A DNA stretch of 43,498 nt from Patescibacteria group bacterium (GTDB lineage: Bacteria > Patescibacteriota > Patescibacteriia > UBA2591 > UBA6264), in assembly GCA_018896315.1 (NCBI GenBank), contig JAHIMV010000081.1, positions 1 to 43,498 on the forward strand, given 5' to 3'. The notes below the pieces were generated by a model. The model did no database searches, was not told the DNA's origin, and saw nothing but the letters and a program-made list of their open reading frames with translations. The translations under genes and the position numbers were made by a program. How positions within the stretch are numbered: position 1 is the first letter of the stretch; every line of letters starts with the position of its first letter. Shown one piece after another: positions 33,265 through 40,086 of this stretch.

Positions 33265-33402
33265 GATAAAAATTCAAATATCAAAAATTAAAAATCAAAA
33301 TGACATATCAAAATCTAAAATTAATAAATAATAAAAATTATCCCGAAGGGATACCTAAATTTTGCATTTTGCATTTTGCATTTTGCATTTAACGAAACGT
33401 TT
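33265..33402. repeat. AT-rich long-hairpin spacer (rpsN-rpsH), E-like
   Basis: Left arm atcaaaaattaaaaatcaaaatgac.., central tatccc-gaa-gggata hairpin (33339..33353), right arm four tandem ttttgca units. Confidence 0.6.
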
Positions 33403-33807
33403 ATGACTGATCCAATTGCCGACATGCTAACAAGAGTTCGTAATGCTTTGGCTATTAAAAAACCAGAGATAGTTTTGCCTTATTCCAAGGTTAAGTTTAA
33501 TATTGCTAAAGTATTAGAAAAAGAAAAATTGATTGAAAAAGTGGAAATAATTGATGCGGCGAAAAGTAAAACAGGATTTAAGCAGTTAAAAATTAAATTA
33601 AAGTACAATGAAGACAATCAACCAGTTATTGGTACTTTAAAAAGAATCAGCAGCCCAGGTCAACGTATTTATGTTAAAAAAGATAAAATTCCCAAAGTTT
33701 TAAATGGTTTGGGAATGAATATTTTATCTACCTCTAAAGGCTTAATGACCGGACAAGAAGCTAGAGAGAAGGGTTTAGGAGGAGAATTAATTTGTGAAAT
33801 ATGGTAA
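33403..33807 (+). CDS. rpsH: 30S ribosomal protein S8
   Basis: MTDPIADMLTRVRNAL... Internal ATG at 33403 chosen; the track start 33376 lies in the ttttgca tandem repeat. Confidence 0.93.
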   Translation: MTDPIADMLTRVRNALAIKKPEIVLPYSKVKFNIAKVLEKEKLIEKVEIIDAAKSKTGFKQLKIKLKYNEDNQPVIGTLKRISSPGQRIYVKKDKIPKVLNGLGMNILSTSKGLMTGQEAREKGLGGELICEIW

Positions 33808-34074
33808 CGCGATACCAATATACGAATGCATGCGAATGATACGAATAAAGCACACGAATAGTAAAACATAATGCTAATCTACGAATGTATGCGAATGCTA
33901 CGAATTACGAATAAAGCGCGCAAATTATTATTCGCGTCATTCGCGTGAATTAGCGTATTAGTGTCGCTACTTTTAACACAACATGAATGCGCCCACACGA
34001 ATATTAGTATAATCAGTATCCATTCGTATATTAGCATCGATTAAATTAATTCGTATATTAGCATCGATATTATT
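33808..34074. repeat. family D copy 4 (rpsH-rplF spacer), expanded, 267 nt
   Basis: cgcgataccaatatacgaatgcatgcgaatgatacgaat ... attcgtatattagcatcgat duplicated in tandem at the 3' end. Many acgaat/attcg units. Confidence 0.8.
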
Positions 34075-34623
34075 ATGTCAAGAATTGGTAAAAAAATTAT
34101 TTCTGTTCCAGAAAATGTTGAAATAAAAGTACAAGATCAACAGATTTTAGTCAAAGGGCCAAAAGGCGAATTAAAGCAATTTTTGCCAGATTTTGTTAAA
34201 ATTGAAATAAAAGATAATCAATTGAAAGTTTTAGTTAAAAATCCTGAAGAAAAAGAACAAAAAGCTTGTTGGGGGACGTTTGCTAGTCTGATTTCTAATA
34301 TGATTCAAGGGGTAACCCAAGGATTTAAAAAAAAACTAGAATTAGTAGGGGTGGGTTATCGGGCAGAAAAACAAGGAGATAAGATTATTCTTAATGTTGG
34401 TTTTTCCCATCCAGTAGAATATTTAGTTCCTAAAAATATTGAAGCAGACGTTGAACAAAGAACAATTATTATTCGGGGATTTGATAAACAGTTAGTAGGA
34501 GAAACAGCAGCACAGATTAGGAAGTTTAGAAAACCAGAACCATATAAGGGAAAGGGAATTAAATATTCCGATGAAGTAATTCGTCGAAAAGCTGGCAAAA
34601 AGGTTGCTGGAGCAGGAACATAG
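34075..34623 (+). CDS. rplF: 50S ribosomal protein L6
   Basis: MSRIGKKIISVPENVEI......I.VKGPKGEL, GVGYRA, PEPYKGKGI.Y. Confidence 0.95.
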   Translation: MSRIGKKIISVPENVEIKVQDQQILVKGPKGELKQFLPDFVKIEIKDNQLKVLVKNPEEKEQKACWGTFASLISNMIQGVTQGFKKKLELVGVGYRAEKQGDKIILNVGFSHPVEYLVPKNIEADVEQRTIIIRGFDKQLVGETAAQIRKFRKPEPYKGKGIKYSDEVIRRKAGKKVAGAGT

Positions 34624-34911
34624 AAAAATCAAAAATCAAAAATCAAAAATCAAAATTATTTTATTAAAAAATCAAAAAAGAACAAGTTCCTCTCAAGCGA
34701 GAGTAAAATGGAAAACGTAAAAAGGAATTGCTGATTGCCGATTGTTGATTGTTTGGAAAGATAGACAAAGGTTTCAATTAGCAATTAACAATTAAGACTA
34801 GTTTTTAATTTTTACATTTTAATTTGTCATTTTACATTTTGATGGTTCGACTTTGCTCACCATCAATCCTGAGCGTAGTCGAAGGATTGATATTTAAATT
34901 TTACATTTTCT
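34624..34911 (+). repeat. family E element, copy 1 (rplF-rplR spacer), carrying a nested 50-nt hairpin element
   Basis: (aaaatc)n left arm, centre gaacaagttcctctcaagcgagag..aattgctgattgccgattg..caattagcaattaacaatt, right arm tttacattttaatttgtcattttacattttga. Confidence 0.85.
34841..34890 (+). repeat. 50-nt hairpin element nested in family E copy 1
   Basis: gatggttcgactttgctcaccatcaatcctgagcgtagtcgaaggattga. Absent from the otherwise collinear copy 2 (..ccattttga|tatttaaatt..). ttga occurs on both sides. Confidence 0.9.
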
Positions 34912-35277
34912 ATGGCTGAAGTAAAAAAACAATTGCAGAGAGAAAAAAGACATCGCCGAGTTCGCGCAAAAATTAATGGGACAAGTGAATGTCCAAGACT
35001 CTGTGTTTTTAGAAGCAATAAATATATTTATGTGCAGTTGATTGATGATCAAAAAGGGATAACTTTATTATCTGTTACAGATAATAAACCAAAAACAAAA
35101 TCTAAAACTAAAGAATCTTCAAATATAAATAGCGCCTTAGAGGTTGGAAAAATTTTAGCAAAAAAAGCTATTGAAAAGAAAATTAAAAAAATAGTTTTTG
35201 ATCGTGGAGGATATAAGTATCATGGTCGAGTTAAGGCAATAGCGGAGGGAGCAAGGCAAGGTGGACTTAAGTTCTAA
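34912..35277 (+). CDS. rplR: 50S ribosomal protein L18
   Basis: [49 protein letters not shown]. Confidence 0.95.
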   Translation: MAEVKKQLQREKRHRRVRAKINGTSECPRLCVFRSNKYIYVQLIDDQKGITLLSVTDNKPKTKSKTKESSNINSALEVGKILAKKAIEKKIKKIVFDRGGYKYHGRVKAIAEGARQGGLKF

Positions 35278-35499
35278 ATCAAAAATCAAAAATCAAAAAT
35301 CAAAATTATTTCATTAGAAAACTAAATAAGAACAAGTTCCTCGCAAGCGAGAGTAAAATGGAAAACATAAAAAAGAATTGCTGATTATTCGGAAAGATAT
35401 ACAAAAATGTCAATTAGCAATTAACAATTAAGATTAGTTTTTAATTTTTACATTTTAATTTGTCATTTTCCATTTTGATATTTAAATTTTACATTTTCT
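35278..35499 (+). repeat. family E element, copy 2 (rplR-rpsE spacer)
   Basis: Collinear with copy 1 apart from a short internal deletion and absence of the nested hairpin. Ends ..tatttaaattttacattttctATG exactly as copy 1 does. Confidence 0.85.
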
Positions 35500-35988
35500 A
35501 TGACAAAAGAAAAAAGAATAAAACGTAGGGAGTTGCCAGGAGTCAAAATTGAGCCAGAGTTTATTCAGCAATTAGTTGATTTAGCTAGAGTAACTAGAGT
35601 TGTTAAGGGAGGAAAACGTTTAAGTTTTCGTGCCTGTATGGTTATTGGAAATAAAAAAGGAGAAATTGGAATGGGATTAGCTAAAGGGACAGATGTCGCC
35701 GGAGCTATTCATAAAGCAGTTCGTAAGGCAAATAAAAATTTAATCAAAGTAACAATTGTTAATGATACTATCCCTCATTGGGTTAGAGTTAAGTATGGAG
35801 CGGCTCAAGTTTTATTACGACCAGCCAGAAAAGGCCATGGAATTGTCGCTGGAGGAGCTGTTAGAACAGTTTTATCTTTATCAGGTATTAGAAATGTTAC
35901 CGCTAAAATTCTGGGGTCAAAGAGTAAAATGAACAATGTTAGAGCAACGATTAAAGCTTTACAGTCATTAAAAATTCCTAAGGTTTAA
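35500..35988 (+). CDS. rpsE: 30S ribosomal protein S5
   Basis: V.L.RVTRVVKGGKR.SFRA..V.GN..G..G.G.AK, RPA..G.GI.AGG.VR. Confidence 0.95.
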   Translation: MTKEKRIKRRELPGVKIEPEFIQQLVDLARVTRVVKGGKRLSFRACMVIGNKKGEIGMGLAKGTDVAGAIHKAVRKANKNLIKVTIVNDTIPHWVRVKYGAAQVLLRPARKGHGIVAGGAVRTVLSLSGIRNVTAKILGSKSKMNNVRATIKALQSLKIPKV

Positions 35989-35992
35989 AATT

Positions 35993-36472
35993 ATGACAGT
36001 TAAATTATCTAATTTAAAACCAGGGTCTAAGGCAAGACGCCGCTCAAGAAGAGTTGGCAGGGGAAATAATGCTTCTGATCCAGGCACTTATTCTGGCCGG
36101 GGCATGAAGGGACAAAGATCAAGATCTGGCGGAAAAAAGGGTCTTAAAATTAGAGGCCTAAGAAGAAACTTGAGAAGCATGCCAAAATTAAAGGGATTTA
36201 ATAAAAGAAAGTCTTTAAGCATTAAACCAATAAGTTTGAAAGATTTAGAAAACAAATTCAAAGAAAATGAAATTGTTGATCTTGCTAAATTGGTTAAGAG
36301 TGGTTTAATTAAAAAGAAAGACCGTCGAGTTAAAATTTTAGCTCAAGGGAAGATAACAAAAAAATTAACTATTAAAGCTCATCAATTTTCAAAAGCGGTG
36401 GAAAAGGCTGTTAAAAAAGCAGGGGGAAAGATAGTGATTTTATCTGATAAAATAGAGCTTAAAAAGCGATAA
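35993..36472 (+). CDS. rplO: 50S ribosomal protein L15 (last 12 codons lie in a repeat cassette)
   Basis: LSNLKPG..ARR...RVGRG...G.....GRG.KGQ..RSG. Follows rpsE directly, with no rpmD. Confidence 0.93.
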   Translation: MTVKLSNLKPGSKARRRSRRVGRGNNASDPGTYSGRGMKGQRSRSGGKKGLKIRGLRRNLRSMPKLKGFNKRKSLSIKPISLKDLENKFKENEIVDLAKLVKSGLIKKKDRRVKILAQGKITKKLTIKAHQFSKAVEKAVKKAGGKIVILSDKIELKKR

Positions 36473-36493
36473 TTTTTCAGCTACAAAATCGCT

Positions 36494-36551
36494 ACCCTGT
36501 TAAATAATTTCGCTTTTAGCGAAATTGCCACAGGGTGGCATTTAACAGGGT
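36494..36551 (+). repeat. family A core, copy f (rplO-secY spacer)
   Basis: Hairpin 2 is gccac-agg-gtggc, a double compensatory change relative to gccgc..gcggc. Confidence 0.9.
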
Positions 36552-36583
36552 GCTCGAAAATTAATTAACATTAACTTTCTCGC
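36552..36583 (+). promoter_or_regulatory. leader module L1 variant before secY
   Basis: gctcgaaaattaattaacattaactttctcgc then ATG. Still an imperfect AT palindrome. Confidence 0.7.
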
Positions 36584-37861
36584 ATGTGGGGAAAAATAAG
36601 ACAACTTTGGCAAATTAAAGATTTAAGAAACAGTCTTCTTTTTGTTATGGCCATGTTGATTATTTTTCGTATTGCCGCACATATTCCAGTCCCGGGAGTA
36701 AACTTAGATAATTTAAAAGATTTTTTCTCGCGCAATGAGATGTTGGGAATGTTAAATATCCTTTCTGGAGGAGCTATGTCTAATTTTTCCTTAGTGGCAA
36801 TGGGTATTGCTCCTTATATCACTGCTTCAATTATTATGCAACTCTTAACTATGATTGTTCCCCGCTTAGAAGAACTTAGCAAAGAAGGAGCAAGTGGTTA
36901 TCAAAAGATTAATCAATATTCTCGTTTATTAACAATTCCTTTGGCTATTCTACAGTCTTATGGAATGATTATGATTTTTAGCCAATCTAGCCAGCCAATT
37001 CTGGGTTCTTTATCAACTTTTGAATTAGCCAATGTTTTAATGGTTATGACTGCTGGGACAGTTTTTTTAATGTGGTTAGGAGAATTAATTACTGAAAAGA
37101 AAATTGGCAATGGTATTTCTTTGCTTATTTTTGCTGGAATTGTTGAACGAGTTCCTATTTCTATTCAGCAAACGATTGCTACTTTTTCTGCAGATCAAAT
37201 TATTAATTTTTTAGTTTTAGTAGGTTTAGCTTTAGTGACAATTGCTGGAGTGGTAATTATTACAGAAGGTCAGCGCAATATTCCAGTTACTTATGCCCGA
37301 CGCATTCGTGGTCATCGTATGTATGGCGGAACAGATACTTATTTACCGATGAAGGTTAATCAGGCGGGCATGATTCCTATTATTTTTGCCATTTCTATTG
37401 TTCTTTTTCCAGGTTTAATAGGGCAACTTTTAGCCAGATCAGGTTCAACTTTTATAGCTAAGTTTGGTCAAATTTTAATGGGAATTACTCAAAATCAACT
37501 TATTTATGGTTTGTTATATTTTACTTTAGTGGTCGCTTTTACTTATTTTTATACTAGTATTATTTTTCATCCAAAACAAATAGCTGACAATTTACAAAAG
37601 CAAGGAGGTTTTGTTCCTGGTTTAAGACCGGGCGAGCCAACAGCTAATTACTTGTCCACAGTTAGTGTTCGTATTATGCTTGCCGGAGCTTTGTCTTTAG
37701 GGCTCATTGCTGTTTTGCCCATTATTACCCAAAATGTTTTTAGACTTTCTACTTTTGTTGTTGGCGGAGCAGCTATTTTAATTGTCGTGAGCGTGGTTTT
37801 AGAGTCTGTTAAACAAATTCAAGCCCAGATTGCAATGCATGAATATGAGGGTTTAGGTTAG
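36584..37861 (+). CDS. secY: preprotein translocase subunit SecY
   Basis: 10-TM protein, LGI.PYITASII.QLL, GEL.TE.GIGNGISL.IFAGI. Confidence 0.96.
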   Translation: MWGKIRQLWQIKDLRNSLLFVMAMLIIFRIAAHIPVPGVNLDNLKDFFSRNEMLGMLNILSGGAMSNFSLVAMGIAPYITASIIMQLLTMIVPRLEELSKEGASGYQKINQYSRLLTIPLAILQSYGMIMIFSQSSQPILGSLSTFELANVLMVMTAGTVFLMWLGELITEKKIGNGISLLIFAGIVERVPISIQQTIATFSADQIINFLVLVGLALVTIAGVVIITEGQRNIPVTYARRIRGHRMYGGTDTYLPMKVNQAGMIPIIFAISIVLFPGLIGQLLARSGSTFIAKFGQILMGITQNQLIYGLLYFTLVVAFTYFYTSIIFHPKQIADNLQKQGGFVPGLRPGEPTANYLSTVSVRIMLAGALSLGLIAVLPIITQNVFRLSTFVVGGAAILIVVSVVLESVKQIQAQIAMHEYEGLG

Positions 37862-38127
37862 AAAAATCAAAAATTAAATATCAAAAATCAAAATTATTTT
37901 ATTAGAAAATTAAATAGGAACAAGTTCCTCGCAAGCGAGAGCAAAATGGAAAACATAAAAAGGAATTGCTGATTGCTGATTGCCGATTGTTGATTGTTTG
38001 GAAAGATAGACAAAGGTTTCAATTAGCAATTAATAGCTAAGAATAGTTTTTAATTTTTACATTTTAATTTGTCATTTTCCATTTTGATATTTACATTTTG
38101 CATTTGACCGAGTGTTAACGAGGAAAT
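37862..38127 (+). repeat. family E element, copy 3 (secY-adk spacer)
   Basis: Collinear with copies 1 and 2 through ..gtcattttccattttgatattt, then diverges into an SD-containing adk leader. Confidence 0.85.
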
Positions 38128-38799
38128 ATGATTAAAAAGAATTTTAATTTAATTATTCTGGGACCAGCTGGTTCAGGCAAGGGAACACAAGCTCATTTGT
38201 TAATCAAAGAGTTTAGTATGAAAACAATTGAGATGGGAGAATTGGTCAGAGGAGCAGCCAAGGAAAAAACAAAACAGGCTAAATTAATTGCTTGGATGCA
38301 TGACGTGGGCATGCATTTTTCAGATGATTTTATTTTTAATCTTTTTGAAAAAAACGTTAAAAAGCTTAATAAAAAATATAAGCTTTTAGTTGACGGATAT
38401 CCAAGAACAGCTGGACAAGCTTGGGATTTGCAAAGAATTTTAAAAAAATATTATAAAAACAGGCCAAGCTTAGCCATTTGGATCAATGTTAGCGATAAAG
38501 AATCTTTAAAAAGATTGCTGAGTCGAGCCCTTTGTTCTAAATGTGGCAAGATTTTTCCTAATCGAAAAATTAAAAAATGCCCAGATTGCGGCGGTTTAGT
38601 TAAAGTCAGGGGTTATGATAAAGACAAAAAAGCAATTCAAAAAAGATTAGATTGGTTTCATGATCATGTAGTTCCAGCTATTGAGTTTTATAAACAGCGT
38701 AAAATGTTAGTTCAGGTTAATGGAGAGCAGTCAGTAGAAAAAGTTTTTAAAGAAACTTTAAGAAAAATAAATCGATACCAATATACGAATGCATACTAA
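38128..38799 (+). CDS. adk: adenylate kinase (Zn LID); last 9 codons lie in a family D repeat
   Basis: ILGPAGSGKGTQA, VDGYPRT, LID CSKCGK..CPDCGG. GAGGA Shine-Dalgarno sequence upstream. Confidence 0.9.
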   Translation: MIKKNFNLIILGPAGSGKGTQAHLLIKEFSMKTIEMGELVRGAAKEKTKQAKLIAWMHDVGMHFSDDFIFNLFEKNVKKLNKKYKLLVDGYPRTAGQAWDLQRILKKYYKNRPSLAIWINVSDKESLKRLLSRALCSKCGKIFPNRKIKKCPDCGGLVKVRGYDKDKKAIQKRLDWFHDHVVPAIEFYKQRKMLVQVNGEQSVEKVFKETLRKINRYQYTNAY

Positions 38800-38869
38800 T
38801 TATACTAATCATTATTTGAATCATTTTTATTTGTATTATTAGTATGAATTTGTATATTAGCATTGCATT
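38773..38869. repeat. family D copy 5 (adk 3' end to the map start)
   Basis: cgataccaatatacgaatgcatactaa is read as adk codons RYQYTNAY-stop. Right arm attagtatgaatttgtatattagcattgc. Confidence 0.8.
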
Positions 38870-39631
38870 ATGATTCCCATTAAAACAGAAAAAGAAATTG
38901 AAATCATGCGTCAGGCAGGTCAGATTTTGTCTGATGTTATAAAAAAAATCGTCCCGTATGTTTGTCGGGGCGTTTCTACTTTAGAATTAGACCAATTGGC
39001 AGAGAAATTAATTTATCAAGCTGGAGCCAAGCCAGGATTTAAAGGATATAGTGACAAAAAGAAGATTTATCCGGCTACACTTTGCACTTCAATTAATGAA
39101 CATGTAGTTCATACTATTCCCAAGAGAAATAAATTTTTAAAAGATGGTGATATTATTAGCCTGGATTGCGGGGTAAAATATAAGGGATATTATTCAGATA
39201 TGGCCATAACTGTAGCCGTAGGAAAAATTCCTTATAAAACCAAAGAGTTAATTAAAACAACTAAAGAAGCATTAGAGGTGGCCATTAAAAACATAAAAGA
39301 AGGGGTTTATTTAGGCGATATTTCTCATTTGATTCAATCTTTTGTTGAAAAAAAAGGGTTTTCAGTGGTGCGCCAGCTTTCTGGACATGGTATTGGCAAA
39401 GAACTTCATGAAAAACCAACTATTTTAAATTATGGCAAAAAAGGAACAGGTCCTATTTTAAAATCAGGCATGGTTTTAGCCTTTGAACCCATGGTTAATA
39501 TGGGGGACTGGCCAGTTAAAACACTTAAAGATGGCTGGACTATTGTTACAGAAGATGGAAGTTTGTCGGCTCATTTTGAACATACTATTTTAGTGACAAA
39601 AAAAGGGGCTGAAGTTTTAACAAAAATGTAA
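38870..39631 (+). CDS. map: type I methionine aminopeptidase
   Basis: IKTEKEIEIMRQAG, VHTIP, DGDIISLDCG..Y.GY.SDMA.T, GHGIG...HE.P, FEPM, HFEHT. Confidence 0.95.
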   Translation: MIPIKTEKEIEIMRQAGQILSDVIKKIVPYVCRGVSTLELDQLAEKLIYQAGAKPGFKGYSDKKKIYPATLCTSINEHVVHTIPKRNKFLKDGDIISLDCGVKYKGYYSDMAITVAVGKIPYKTKELIKTTKEALEVAIKNIKEGVYLGDISHLIQSFVEKKGFSVVRQLSGHGIGKELHEKPTILNYGKKGTGPILKSGMVLAFEPMVNMGDWPVKTLKDGWTIVTEDGSLSAHFEHTILVTKKGAEVLTKM

Positions 39632-39639
39632 CTTTTTAA

Positions 39640-40083
39640 ATGAAATTTTTAGGTATTGATCCAGGAAAAAGATATATTGGATTAGCCATGGCTGATGACC
39701 AAGTAAAAATAGCTATGCCTTATCAGGTTTTAGATATGAATGACCATGAATCTTTGTTTAAAGAATTAGAAAAAATTGTAGCTAAGGAAAAAATACAAAA
39801 AATTATTGTTGGTTATCCAATTGGTATGTCGGGAAAACCAACAGAGCAAACCAAGATAACAGAACAATTTATAAGACAGTTAAAAAAACAGGTCAACCCT
39901 GTTAAATCCCGCAAAGCGGGAATTTCGCCAAAGGCGAAATTATTTAACAGGGTAAATATTCCAATAATTAGATTTGACGAAAGATTAAGCTCAAAAATGG
40001 CTGACAAGCTGTCATCTGGTCAGAAGCAGAATCACGCTGTAGCCGCTAATATTATTCTACAAGATTATTTAGACAAAAATTAA
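39640..40083 (+). CDS. ruvX: YqgF/RuvX putative pre-16S rRNA nuclease / Holliday junction resolvase-like
   Basis: LGIDPGKRYIGLA, IVVGYPIGMSG, FDERLSS. Contains an in-frame 60-nt copy of the Y-shaped repeat at 39895..39954. Confidence 0.85.
   Translation: MKFLGIDPGKRYIGLAMADDQVKIAMPYQVLDMNDHESLFKELEKIVAKEKIQKIIVGYPIGMSGKPTEQTKITEQFIRQLKKQVNPVKSRKAGISPKAKLFNRVNIPIIRFDERLSSKMADKLSSGQKQNHAVAANIILQDYLDKN
39896..39953 (-). repeat. family A core, copy g, inverted orientation, inside the ruvX coding sequence
   Basis: accctgttaaat[cccgc-aaa-gcggg][aatttcgcc-aaa-ggcgaaatt]atttaacagggt. Hairpin order is reversed relative to copies a-f. Translated in frame as NPVKSRKAGISPKAKLFNRV. Confidence 0.9.
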
Positions 40084-40086
40084 ATT

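Noticed and set aside
802-33402. N-terminal extensions in the ORF track for fba (802), nrdD (8535), rplW (26706), rplB (27345), rplV (28857), rpsQ (31111) and rpsH (33376)
   Set aside because: The upstream codons lie in repeat/spacer sequence, three begin at TTG (802, 8535, 26706), and they prepend residues that do not match the conserved N-termini. The internal ATGs reproduce the canonical protein starts.
31132-34598. ORFs 31132..31317 (-), 31319..31537 (-), 32025..32210 (-), 33669..33869 (-), 34356..34598 (-)
   Set aside because: They are antisense to rpsQ, the family A cassette/rplN start, rplX, rpsH and rplF. All are shadow ORFs.
34624-34660. Possible CRISPR array suggested by tandem aaaatc / ttttgca / acgaat repeats
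   Set aside because: The units are 6-8 nt with no spacers, far shorter than CRISPR repeats (about 23-50 nt with unique spacers). No cas genes are present. They are microsatellite-like arms of the hairpin spacers.
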